A DNA stretch of 63,098 nt, counting the filler, from Pirum gemmata (Eukaryota), in assembly GCA_002812295.1 (NCBI GenBank). It is 19 parts of 19 records of this genome, joined end to end, with 100 filler letters (N's around TTAATTAATTAA, not from the genome) between each part and the next. Parts side by side here need not be neighbours in the genome. Positions count along the whole stretch, not along the records: positions 38,662 to 41,806 come from PDIN01003416.1; positions 41,907 to 46,966 come from PDIN01003417.1; positions 47,067 to 50,178 come from PDIN01003418.1; positions 50,279 to 53,425 come from PDIN01003419.1; 15 more parts are not named here. The stretch is one strand, 5' to 3'. Shown here in pieces: positions 38,888-51,248 of this stretch. The notes beneath the pieces are model-generated. The model saw only the letters and a list, made by a program, of their open reading frames with translations. It did no database searches and was not told where the DNA came from. Position 1 is the first letter of the stretch. The number at the start of each line of letters is the position of its first letter. The translations under genes were made by a program, and so were the position numbers.

Positions 38888-41677
38888 ATGAATAATAATT
38901 TTAACGATAATAATCAAGAAGAAGAAAAACTTAAATATTATGATAAATTAAGAAGGAGAGAGAGAAATATCATGTATTATCATCGAATACTAGGTCATTT
39001 AAGTATAAAAAGAATTAAGTTAATGTTAGATAGTGAGATTACGAAAACGTGGTCTAACGAGAAAATAGAGTGTAACATTTGTAGATGGGCAAAAATGAGA
39101 AAAAAAACAGTAAGGAGAAAAAAGAGCAATAAATTAGAATATAGTAAGGTAGGAGAAATGTTAGTAGGAGATTTATGTGGGCCATTTCCTGAAGATTTAG
39201 AGGGTTATAGATTTTATCTATTAGTTAAGGACAGGTTATCTAGATATGGTTTCATTAAGTTTTTAAAAAAGAAAAGCGAATGTAGTGGAGAGTTATTTAA
39301 CGTATATAAGCAATTTTTTGATAGAGGTGTAAGAATTAAAGAATTTCTTAGTGACATGGGGGGTGAGTTTGATTGTGAAGAGGTTAGGGAATTACATAGA
39401 AACATGGAGATTGAACACAAGTTTACACCTCCATACCTGGAAGGATGGCGTGGTTTGGTAGAAAGAGGCAATGGTTTGCTGCATGAAGTTGCTTTAGCAC
39501 TATTAGCTGATAGTGGTTTAAAGTTTGATTTGTTTTGGAGATATGCATATGAATCAGCTATGCTTTTAGTTAATGTAAGGGTAACTGCAGAAGAAAAAAT
39601 TCCATATAAAATTTTTAATAATAAATCTTTTGACTTTAGTGTTTTAAAATATCCATGGGGGTCAAAATGTATGTACCATTTTAGAACCAAACAAAAGAGA
39701 ATTAAGAGTAGGCCTGGAATATTATTACTACCTGCTAATAGTGTGATTGGTGATACATATAATATTTTTTCCATAGAAAGTAAAGTTGTGATAATTAGTA
39801 GAGATTTTAATATATTGAATGATGACAACTTAACTAATAATGAATTATATGGAGATTTAAGGACAATTTTTCAAGGGGTAAGTGGAGAAAATTTAATGAA
39901 TAAATATGATATTAGTCACCCTAATTTTGAGTATTTGAATGAAGACAAGAATAAAGAATATGTTAAATCAGTAGATGGCAATTGGTACTATTATGAAAAA
40001 TTTAATGAAGATAATAATTCATTTTTAATACATGATAGTAATTTTAATAGTTATACTAATAATTGTTATGTTAATAGGAGTGGGGATAGTAGTAAAAATT
40101 CTACAATAGTGGATTGTGGAAATGGCTATACATTACCAAAAAACGTGTTTCAAGTTAAAAATTGTGAGGATAAGAGTGATTGGTATAAGGCGATAGAAAA
40201 GGAATTAAAAAGTTTAATGGTTGATTATGAATGTTGTGAGATTTGCGAGAAACCTGTGGATAGAGAAATAATGCCAACACATTTGATATTGGATGTTAAA
40301 CGTGATGGAGATGGAATACCGATAGAGAGAAAAGCTAGGGGGTGTATTGGTGGTAACTACCAGATACCTGGTATTGACTATGACAAAGTGTCATCACCGG
40401 TGTTAGGAAAAGAAGTAACGATATTATTATTTATAATAGCCCAAAAATTGCACTGGATAATTGTAGCGTGTGATATTGTAGGAGCTTTTTTGTCATCTGA
40501 TATTGATCGGGATATATATGTAAGACCATTTCCCATGTTATGGTTGATTGGTATTGACGTAAAAAAGAATCAGTGTTTAAAATTGAAAAAGGGTGTGTAT
40601 GGTACTAAACAATCGGCGCTATTATTTTATAATTTGTGTGTATCAGTTTTAACAGGGATGAATTGCATCAGATGTTTGAGTAATCCTTGTTTATTTTATA
40701 GAGAAGGGGCGATTGTAGGTTTGCATGTTGATGATTTTCACGGTATATTTGAAAATGAATCTATAAAAAATGAATTTGTATCGGAACTGGAGTTGAGATT
40801 AAAGGTTAAGTTTGCTAAGTTTCCAGATACAATGGTAGGATTGAAAGTGAACAGGAGAAAAGATAACTCTATCTTGTTAAATATGCCAGGAAAAATTGAG
40901 AGATTGGTGAAGGAGTATGAATTGGAAGAAGTAAAAAAGCAACGGGTACCATTAAAGGTTTCTCCATATGAGGTCAGTGGTGAATTATTAGGTGATTATA
41001 CAGTATACCAGCGGTTGTTAGGGCAAACAGGTTTTATTGCTGGTATGTGTAGGCCGGAGATGGCAGCTGGTCAAGGAATGCTTAGTACTTATAACCATAA
41101 ACCGACGACTGCACACTTTAAATTGGTATTTGAAGTTGCATTGGTTGAGTACTGAGTTAATGCCTGCTGACATTTTGACGAAGATATTTCCTGAAGGCAG
41201 AAATTTGTTATTGATTCGTATGGTGACTCAAGTTTTATGTCGAATCCACTGAATTCTAAAAGTCGTAGTGGTGTGGTAGTCAAAGTTAATGATTGTACAA
41301 CAATGTGGTGTAGCAACTTGCAATCGTTTATTTGTGACAGTAGTACAGGAGCAGAATACTTTGTGTTAAATGAAGCTTGTAAAAGTATGCAATATATTCA
41401 TAATGTCTTAGAAGAGTTGGGTATGAATGTAGTTGGTCGTAATGTCTATACAGATAACCAGGCTTGTTATCGTTTGGCTGATGATTTTAGTTCAAATAAG
41501 AGAATGAGGCACATTAATCGGAAATTTCATATGGTTAGGGAGTTAGTTAATAACAAATATTTGAAGTTGCATTGGTTGAGTACTGAGTTAATGCCTGCTG
41601 ACATTTTGACGAAGATATTTCCTGAAGGCAGAGCGTCGGAGTTTGAACGGAAGAGAGAATGTTTAGTTGGTAATTAA
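38888..41677 (+). mobile_element. Ty1/copia pol: integrase, RT, RNase H (interrupted at 41127-41201)
   Basis: H..LGH..C..C zinc finger, GDLCGP, SDMGGEF, ERGN (integrase); KARGC.GG.Q, DIVGAFL, LKKGVYGTKQS, LHVDD (RT); YGDSS, STGAEY, YTDNQA, ADILTK (RNase H). IN-RT-RH order is copia. Confidence 0.95.
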
Positions 41678-41681
41678 GTAT

Positions 41682-41735
<54 letters not shown>

Positions 41736-42000
41736 ATAGTGAGTCAAAATATATTTCTCAGTAGCGAAATTATATATTGTGGTAGCGGTAGTAGCGGTGG
41801 TGAATGNNNNNNNNNNNNNNNNNNNNNNNNNNNNNNNNNNNNNNNNNNNNTTAATTAATTAANNNNNNNNNNNNNNNNNNNNNNNNNNNNNNNNNNNNNN
41901 NNNNNNCCAACCCAAACCCCAACCCCAAACCCCAACCCTAACCCCAACTCTAACCCCAACTCTAACCCCAACTCTAACCCCAACCCTAACCCTTTAAAAG

Positions 42001-45000
42001 GAATCGAATCTTTAGAAAAAATTATAAATTGGGAAGATTATGAATGGTCAGTGCATTATTTTAAACTTTGTGTTGTCCTTTGGATTGGTGCATTAATCGT
42101 GCCTATTTCTTGGTCTTTTATTGCCTTGACCGGTTATATTTTCTCATTAAATACCACCGTACATGCTGCTATAGCTATATTTTTAAACGGAACCAGGTAT
42201 CTGACTTACTTCTTATCAGCAAAAAGAAAAAAATATTTGCTATTAAAAATGAGAAAAATTAAAAAAGATTAGTAGGTTAGCCCTCGAAAATTTGAATTCG
42301 ATTTTTGAAACATAAGGAGCTATCGTTTAATCGAACATTAAAAAAATAATAATAAAAGGTAATTAGTAGTAGTAATGTTTTTTCAACAAAAAATTCAAAA
42401 AAGCTTGAACCTTTAAATTTTAAAAAACAAATTAATTGGTTTATTGCAGAGTGGTTTATTGTGCTTTTCATTTATTTTGTCACTCTTGAGTATTTGTTTG
42501 GTAGGTTATAACCTTTAAATTGACATTTTTAAATAAATAAATAGATAATAAAATATACCAAATTAAATTAAATGGATTTATATTGTATTAATTTGGCAAT
42601 ATTTATAAGGTTTGTGCTTTTTGTTTTTGAACAAATTGTGCTTTTCATTTATTTTGACTCTCTTCTAGTATTTTTTTTGTAGGTTATAATCTTTAAATTG
42701 ACATTTTAAAATAAATAAATAGATAATAAAATATACCAACCTAAACTACTATTTATAACGTTTGAACCTTTTTTTTTTTTTTATCATATCATATCATAAA
42801 AAAAAGAAAAACAAATTGTGTTTTTCATTTATTTGGTAGCTTATAACCTTTAAATTGATATTTTTAAAATGAATAAATAGATAAAAAATATATACTAAAT
42901 TCAATTAAATGGATTCATATTGTATTAATTTGGTACTGTTTATTATGTTTGAACGTTTTTTTTTTAAAAAAAACAAATGGTTCTTTTCATTTATTTTGTC
43001 ACTCTGAATATTTGATTGGTAGGTTATAACCTTTAAATTGTCATTTTTAATGGATTTATATTGTATTAATTTGCAATTGGTACTATTTATAACGCTTGAA
43101 CCCCCCAGGGGGTCTACATAATAAAATAATACTAAATCCAATTAAATCGATTTATATTGTATTAATTTGGTAGTATTTGTTAAAACATAAAATAATTATA
43201 TCGAGCCAGGGACTTCAAACTTTGATCGAGCCTTGTATACATGGGTCCTAGCTAGCAGTAAATTATTGATATTCGTTTTTCGTATTCATGAGCATTGAAA
43301 AAGAGAAAAAGCAAAAAGATGTAGTAACTAATGCAAAGTATTGTATTTGGGGTTAGGTTAGGGTTAGGGTTAGGGTTAGGGTTAGGGTTAGGGTTAGGGT
43401 TAGGGTTAGGGTTAGGGTTAGGGTTAGGGTTAGGGTTAGGGTTAGGGTTAGGGTTAGGTTAGGGTTAGGGTTAGGGTTAGGGTCTGTTTCTTGGGCCTTT
43501 ATTTCCTTAATTAACTGGATATGTGTATCGTATTTTTCAATGGAGCTAGTTTGCCTGAAAAAAATGTAAATTGAACTTGTCAAATTATTGTCATTTATTA
43601 GTTAATGCAGTGTTGATGCATGCAATTTGAGAAAATTATCATTTTTTGGATTTATTTAGTTTATGTTAAAAACATCAATTTTAAAATTCAAATTACCAAA
43701 TAAACCAAAGTACTAAATAATACGCTGTTGATTGTTAATTAACTCCTATACAAAAAACAAGACAATCTCCTACAAAGACAAAGAAATCTATGGTTGCATT
43801 TTCATATTATTCTCCTTTTTATACAAACAATGTTCTACAATTACAGAACGTACTATGACATTTGTGTAACATGACCAATTAAGTGGTAATCCAAAGGTTA
43901 GCAACAGATCAACAGCAAACAAATAAACAACGAGCACAAAACAAGCAAGCAAATAAGCAAACAAGCAAACAACAAGCAACAAGCAACAAGCAACAAGAAA
44001 ACATCAAACAACAAGCAAGCAAATAACAAGCAAATAACAAACAAATAACAAGCAAATAACAAACACACAACACGCAAAAAAACAACGAACACACAAAAAA
44101 CAAGCAAGAAAACAACAAGCAAACAACAAGCAAACAACAAGCAAACAACAAGCAAACCAAACAACAAGCAAACAACAAGAAAACAACAAGAAAATAACAA
44201 GCAAACAACGAGCAAACAACGAGCAAACAACGAGCAAACAACGAGCAAACAACAAGCAAACAACAAGCAAATAACAAGCAAGCAAACAAACAACAAACAA
44301 ACAAAAAATAAACAAAAAACAAACAAACAATAAACAACAAACAAACAACAACAGCAACAAACAACAAACAAACAACAAACAACAAACAAACAACAAACAA
44401 ACAACAAACAAACAACAAACAAACAAACAACAAACAACAAATAAACAACAAATAAACAAATAACAAAACAAATAACAAACAACACAAAACCAAACAAACG
44501 ACGTGTAATTCAATACCAATAATAGTATGATAATGAAGTGGACTAATTTTATCTAGACTTTAAAAATCTATAAAACCGTTAACAAAATTGAAATCAAACA
44601 ACCACAAATTAACTGAACAAAATGATGTTATGTGGCCATTAATTTTATTTTCGTTTTACATTTATTGTTAATATGATTGTTATTGTTATTGTTTTTGTAT
44701 TATGGATACTAAACTGAGTCTGATGAGATCAGCTGTGGATGAGATTGTTGTTGTTGTGTGCTTTTGGGTTATCATTTTGAAGATCTCTATCATTTTCTAG
44801 TAAGTTTTTTTTTTGTTTTTTTNNNNNNNNNNNNNNNNNNNNNNNNNNNNNNNNNNNNNNNNNNNNNNNNNNNNNNNNNNNNNNNNNNNNNNNNNNNNNN
44901 NNNNNNNNNNNNNNNNNNNNNNNNNNNNNNNNNNNNNAACCTCCAACCTCCAACCTCCAACCTCCAACCTCCAACCTCCAACCTCCAACCTCCAACCTCC

Positions 45001-45491
45001 AACCTCCAACCTCCAACCTCCAACCTCCAACTCCTAACCCCAACCTTAATCCATCTTTTTAGCAAACCCGTGCCTGAACCAGATCGCAGATGGTTTTCCT
45101 CTTTTCGAAGTCAAAAAGTCAGTCTTGAAAATGGAAATTCAGATAACATTAACATAACACACAATCCAGTTAGTTTTGAAGTGGAAGTATTACCTGAATT
45201 TAATATAGAAAAAAATCGAAGAAATTCGAGCTCCAACGTATCTGCCGCCTCCGCCAGCTCCATGCCTGCTTCTCCTGGTGCTCGAAGTCGAGTAAAAACT
45301 TATTCCACTCCCCCTCGCACCCCACCCAATAATAACCCACCTACAAGGAATAGGGCCAAAAGTAACGCTGCCCCCCCTTTGGCATCAGAAGCGTCGTCGG
45401 CCACGTCATTGACAGTAGCGCCAAGTTGTAATGTAAAACCACTCTCCAGTCCGACGGTGGTAAAGAAGAAACGAGATGCTACCACGTCCAG
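42001..45491 (+). CDS. Two internal exons (42001-42196, 45063-45491) of a membrane protein with an S/P-rich disordered region
   Basis: Both have AG/GT ends and join in phase 2 (NGTS|KPVPEP). Exon 1 LEKIINWED..WS......VVLWIGALIVPISWSFIAL is hydrophobic and recalls reticulon-like hairpins of MCTP/GRAMD4/Pex24-type proteins (weak). Confidence 0.55.
42457..43180 (+). mobile_element. Cluster of about four decayed family-A MITE copies in tandem inside an intron
   Basis: ttgtgcttttcatttattttg... recurs near 42459, 42636, 42815 and 42980. Confidence 0.75.
43900..44500. repeat. Degenerate (AAAC/AAC/AAGC)n low-complexity tract
   Basis: About 600 bp of short A/C-rich units; source of several spurious minus-strand ORFs. 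Confidence 0.9.
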
Positions 45492-45789
45492 GTAATTAGA
45501 ATTTGTTAATGCTATTTGTTGTTGTTGTTGTTGTTGTTGTTGTTGCTGTTGGGTAATGGTTAGGTTTAAGGGTTTTTAGCGGCTATGGTTTGGTTTAGGA
45601 GTAGTGGGTAGAGTAGTGCTTATTGGGTCAGCGACAGGGTTAGGGTAAGGGTTAGGGTTAGGATTAGCGATTAGCGGTTAGTGGTTAGCTGTTAGCGGCA
45701 GGGTTAGGGTTCAGGGTTAGGGTTATGCTTAGGGGTTAGGGTTAGGGTTAGGGTTAGGGTTAGGGTTAGGGTTAGGGTTAGTGTTTGGG

Positions 45790-46510
45790 TTAGGGTCTAA
45801 AATGTTTTGTTCTAATTTTACTTTATTATTAATATTCTAATTGTTATTATTACCATTCTTAATGGGGGGTTTAATTAATTGTGATTTAGGTCTTTTGAGG
45901 ATTATTTGAATAGCTTGACTGATATAAATTAGTGTTAGGTTAGGGTTAGGGTAAGGGTAAGGGTTAGGGTAAGGGTAAGGGTTAGGGTTAATATCGGAAT
46001 TTTTCCAAAATGGTTTGTTCTAATTTTACTTTTATTATTAATATTCTGATTATTATTATTATTAATTATTATTATTATTATTGTAATTATTATTATTGTA
46101 ATTATTATTATTATTATTCTAATTATTGTTATTATTATTTTTCTAATTATTATTATTATTTTTCTAATTATTATTATTTTTCTTATTATTATTATTATTA
46201 TTCTAATTATTATTATTATTATTATTATTATTATTTGGGGCTTAATTAATTGTGATTTAGCTCTTTTGAGGATTGTTTGAATAGTTTGACTGATGTAGAT
46301 TAGGGTTAGGTTGGGTTAAGGGTAAAAGTAAGGGCAAGGGTTAGAGTTAATATCGGATTTTTTCTAAAAATGTTTTGTTCTAATTTTACTTTTCTAATTA
46401 TTATTATTATTATTCTAATTATTATTATTATTATTATTATTATTTGGGGTTTAATTAATTGTGATTTAGGTCTTTTGAGGATTGTTTGAATAGTTTGACT
46501 GATGTAAATT
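45790..46510. repeat. Three related ~180-400-bp blocks with embedded GGGTTA and (TAT)n runs
   Basis: tttgttctaattttactt...ttaattaattgtgatttag.tcttttgaggatt.tttgaatag.ttgactgat occurs three times. Confidence 0.8.
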
Positions 46511-47110
46511 ATGGTAATATGGATGTTGTTACTGGAAAATGGTATAGAAATGCATTGACAATGGCTCATGGATTATTAATTTTTCTCATAGAAGGTATAT
46601 AATTATCAAATTGACTGTTTTACGTATTTAGTTCATTCGATTTTTCATATAGGGTTACGGTTAGGGTTAGCGTTAGAGTTAGCGTTAGCGTTAGCGTGAA
46701 GGTTTGGGTTAGGATTTGGGTTAGTAGTAGTAGTAGTAATAGTAATAGTAATGTTAGTAATGTTAGTAATATTAGTAGTTGTTGTATTAATTGTCATAAC
46801 TAATAATAGTTTTTAGATAATAATAATAATAATAATAGCTAGTAACATAACAATTAACTTTAAAAAAAAATAGCCTTTCTTGTTATTATTGTTATAAACT
46901 GCATAACTATGATAATACATTTATCATATACCCCAACCCCAACCCTAAACTTCAATATGCCTTGATNNNNNNNNNNNNNNNNNNNNNNNNNNNNNNNNNN
47001 NNNNNNNNNNTTAATTAATTAANNNNNNNNNNNNNNNNNNNNNNNNNNNNNNNNNNNNNNNNNNNNTTTTTTTTTAGTTTTTTTTACAGGAACTTTTTTT
47101 TTTTTTATAC

Positions 47111-47354
47111 CAAGCCGGATAAAAATGACGACACCCGCTAGCTATATGAGCTCAAAAATCCAAAAAATCTCCAAATAATCCAATTTTAATGAAAGTACCT
47201 GAAAGTACTACCAAAGTTTTAGAAATTATCTGACTAAGAAAACTCTATTATGAACCAATTGCTAGTTTTTAAAAATAATTTGGCTAGTTAGCATTTAAAA
47301 AGAAGTCTAAAAAAAAAAGATTTCTAGACTACCGGTACACTTTTATCCGGCTTG
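47111..47354. mobile_element. MITE-like family B copy with 14-bp inverted repeats
   Basis: CAAGCCGGATAAAA (47111-47124) and TTTTATCCGGCTTG (47341-47354); interior shared with 18755-18920. Confidence 0.65.
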
Positions 47355-47940
47355 TCTATTAAAAAAAAAAAAAAAATTAAAAAAAAATTAAAAAAAAAAT
47401 TATGATATGATACATAAAAAAAAAAAAATGATAGCTGTGTGGGGCTGCGGCTCCTCTACGTCGTTTGGGGGTGTGCGTGCTATATTTTATAGATATCGAT
47501 ATGTATAACATAATATATAGTCTACCGGATTGATGTATCTAGCTAGCTAGTAATATACATATACTTTTTATATCATACACACTGGTTTTATAATATACTA
47601 ATACTATACTAACAGTGCTATGATACCAGATACTATCATATTTAAGTAATAGTGGTTGCATTGGCCTAGAGAGTGGTTCATAGAGAGTTTGCAGTTTAGT
47701 TTGTACTAGTTCATATTATATAATGATAATGATAATTATATATATAATTACCATTATGTTTATAATGGGTCGTTTTTGAGTAGATTTTATAACCGTTTGG
47801 ATTTACTTAATGCTTTACAGAATAAAGCCAACAATTTCTTTAAGTTGTGTTAATTAAAATACTGAATCAGTACTACAAGCTATGATACCTCATATACACT
47901 TGTGACACATATAGTCTACATATATAATACTTATAATAAA

Positions 47941-48429
47941 TTGTACCAAATTAATACAATATAAATCCATTTAATTAAATATTCAATTTGGTATATTTTA
48001 TTATCTATGTATTGATATAAAAATATCAATTTAAATATTATAACCCTCCAAATAAATATTCAGAGTGACAAAATAAATGAAAAGCACGATAGTATATATA
48101 TTTAATAATATATTTATCATGAGGTACTTCTTCCCTACACAGATAATGCCTGATAATGCAAGTGTGCTATGATAATATGAATCATTTTATCATATATATT
48201 ATGATATCCATGCATACTAGCTAGGATTATACTAGGCTACTATTGTGCTTTTCATTTATTTTGTCACCCCGAATATTTATTTGATTGCTTATAATATTTA
48301 AATTGATGTTTTTAAATAAATATATATATAATAAAATATACCAAATTAAATGAACTGGATTTATATTTTATCAATTTGGTACTATTTATTGTATATTTTA
48401 TGACGACAAAATAACTGAAAAGCACGATA
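47941..48429. mobile_element. Family-A MITEs: reverse partial copy 47941-48092 and full ~190-bp copy 48238-48429
   Basis: Full copy has ~25-bp imperfect TIRs: TATTGTGCTTTTCATTTATTTTGTC versus the reverse complement of GACAAAATAACTGAAAAGCACGATA. Confidence 0.8.
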
Positions 48430-49538
48430 CTTAGAATACTTAGCTACTAGAGAGTTGCTATCATATTTAATATCATACGGATAGCTCATACTCTAGCTAG
48501 CTACTGTTCCTATAGTGTTCCTAGCTAGCTACTACTAGCTAGCTATCATATCGCATAGCTATCATACTAGCTAGTAGCTACTAGTAGACTCAGTTCTCTA
48601 GCTAGACTCTCTAGCTAGCTAGTAGTATGATACTATAACAGGCAAATGCACAATGCACATAATTATTTTATAATATGATATATATTAATATCAGATAGTC
48701 TACTGTCTACTTGCAAACTTTTGAACACACTCACGGAGGGAGTGACTCTGTGACTCACACACAGTCTTACAGTCCAACTTCTTGAGTTCCGTCACGTTCT
48801 GTGGTCAAAATATCATATTATCATATTTATAGACTACAGCTGATAAATAATAATTATTATAATATACACACACTGTTACTATAATACAGTTATAATTTTT
48901 TTTAATTATGATAAAATACACAGTTTTTGTCTTTTTTTGTATTGTAAGTTGTAACCGAAATTTGGGAGCGGGACCAATAGAAAAACAATATCAATTTACA
49001 TATAAAAGCGGAAATGCTATCTGATACTAAGAAAAAAAAAAAAAAAAGAATAAAAAGTGAATAACCTGTGTGAGGAAAAAATATTAAAAATTATCAGATA
49101 AAAGTATACTAATAACAGTAAAAGTATAAAAAACTAAAAGGCTGTATTAAATTATAAGTGAATGAGAATTTACTTAGAAAAAAAAAGTTTTTCTTTATTC
49201 TAGACTCGTTGTCGTGTATGATATTTATGAACTTAAAATTAAAAAGAATACCTGGTACAGACAGAATAAAGTTAAGAAACAAGTAAACACACAAAAACAA
49301 AAAAAGTCAATATCTTGTTATCATCTTTTAAATTACAGTCACTTTTAACCCAAATTAGCCTAAAGTAGTTAGTTATTGGAGTGTTAATGGGTATTTTGTG
49401 TTCAACTTAAAAAAAAGAAAAAAAGAAAGTTACTTTAATCTTGTTATTAAATTACAATTATTTTTGACTTAAACTTAAACTTAGTCAATGGACCTTTTGC
49501 ATTCGACTCTTTAATAAGGACTAAGGGTGAATATTAAA

Positions 49539-50050
49539 ATGGATAGAACATCTTTCGCTTTCGGTGTCAGTGCCGGATTGGCTCTTAGTGTTTGGATTCA
49601 GCACATTTTGAGTCAATACCAATCAAATAAAGGGATACAAGGTTTGGGTTATGTAAAAGAAAGCATTTAGTTCATACCACTTTTTCACGTTTATAACTTT
49701 TATGCGTTTTTCAAGATATAAATCCTTGAACATTTTGTTTTTTACTGGAATTATGTCAAGCCAAATCAATGTATTTCATGTTTTTTTTTCTGCGATGTAT
49801 TTATTTTTTACTGGTATTGTGTCAACCCATATTTCATAGTTGTTTATTTTTTTCTCCTGTGCTTACATATAAATAGATTATAAGGAAGCAAGCACTCCTC
49901 CTTGTGCTAAAAAGGGAGAAGCTTTGTCCTTGGTGCAGTTTAATCAAATTGTAACACGTTTGACCCGTGAATTTCAAGTGAGACTTGTAAAAGCGCAACA
50001 AGTTAAAATGGGAATTGTTGATGCTTTTTGTAAAGGTCTTGCCTCTGAAG
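49539..50050 (+). CDS. 5' two exons (49539-49641, 49877-50050) of a probable hexokinase with an N-terminal membrane anchor
   Basis: Phase-1 splice gives MDRTSFAFGVSAGLALSVWIQHIL...IVTRLTREFQVRLVKAQQVKMGIVDAFCKGLASE(G), resembling the hexokinase N-terminal helices ending in GLASEG. Catalytic motifs are beyond the contig. Confidence 0.5.
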
Positions 50051-50289
50051 GTATTTTACTCTATATCTTGGATATTGTTATCAATATTGATTTTATTATA
50101 TGTATCTCGTTGTATTTATTTATTCATTTATTTATTTATTTATTCATTTATTTATTTATTTTATTTTATTTTATTTTANNNNNNNNNNNNNNNNNNNNNN
50201 NNNNNNNNNNNNNNNNNNNNNNTTAATTAATTAANNNNNNNNNNNNNNNNNNNNNNNNNNNNNNNNNNNNNNNNNNNNCTCGAACAGAT

Positions 50290-50560
50290 AGAAAAAATCG
50301 ATGTTTTTTTTTTAAAAAAATCGATGTTTTCCTTTAAAAAAATCGATGTTTCTTATTTAGTTTTTTTAAAAAAAAATCGATAGTTATTTTACAATTATCG
50401 AAAACATCGATATCCAATTTCTCTATGAACGATTTAATCGAAAAACTATCGATAGATATTTTTCAATTTTCGATTCTATCGAAAAACTATCGATTGGTTA
50501 TTTTTCAATTTCGATTTTTATCGAAAATTATCGATTATCGCATTTGGTCATCGATACCAA
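50290..50560. repeat. Cluster of short ATCGA/TCGAT motifs, probably a transposon subterminal region
   Basis: Well over a dozen TCGA-containing motifs in ~270 bp of AT-rich DNA. Confidence 0.5.
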
Positions 50561-50909
50561 ACACTTTAACTAGAGCTCTCTAGCTAGTGGCCTAGCTAGC
50601 TAGTGGTCTATGCTAGCTATGATAGCTAGCTAGCTAGCTATTTATCATAGGAACAGTACTCGTAGTTAGACTTCTCCGAATTCTGCCCCTGCTTCTGCCT
50701 TCTGCCCCGAAAAGCTCGATTTNGAAAAACTATCGATTGGTTATTTTTCAATTTCGATTTTTATCGAAAATTATCGATTATCGCATTTGGTCATCGATAC
50801 CAAACACTTTAACTAGAGCTCTCTAGCTAGTGGCCTAGCTAGCTAGTGGTCTATGCTAGCTATGATAGCTAGCTAGCTAGCTATTTATCATAGGAACAGT
50901 ACTCGTAGT

Positions 50910-51143
50910 TAGACTTCTCCGAATTCTGCCCCTGCTTCTGCCTTCTGCCCCGAAAAGCTCGATTTCTGCCGAGCAGAATTTCTGGTCTGTTTGGTCTGTT
51001 CGAAATTAATTTTAATAAATACATAGATTCGAAAAATTCGAGCTTATATTTTNATTTTTGATCGAGTTAGAGAGGAAAAACACCATTCCTGCCATTTCTC
51101 GAAAAAGGCCAAATTCTGCCCGGGCAGAATTCGGAGAAGTCTA
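50910..51143. mobile_element. MITE-like element C with perfect 22-bp inverted repeats including terminal TA
   Basis: TAGACTTCTCCGAATTCTGCCC (50910-50931) and GGGCAGAATTCGGAGAAGTCTA (51122-51143); internal repeats of TTCTGCC. Confidence 0.75.
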
Positions 51144-51248
51144 TTGTTGGCACGTAATTGTCTGTAGTAAAAGTGTAGTAAACAAGCTAGTAAAAAAAAA
51201 AAAAAATTTTTTTTTAATAAATTCATAAAAAAAAAAAAAGAAAAGAAA

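Noticed and set aside
43788..45065. Hydrophobic or repetitive ORFs (poly-L/I/V/C/F/Y, GGWRLEV, VRVRVR, LTLTLT) here and elsewhere
   Set aside because: Translations of microsatellites or antisense frames of real genes.
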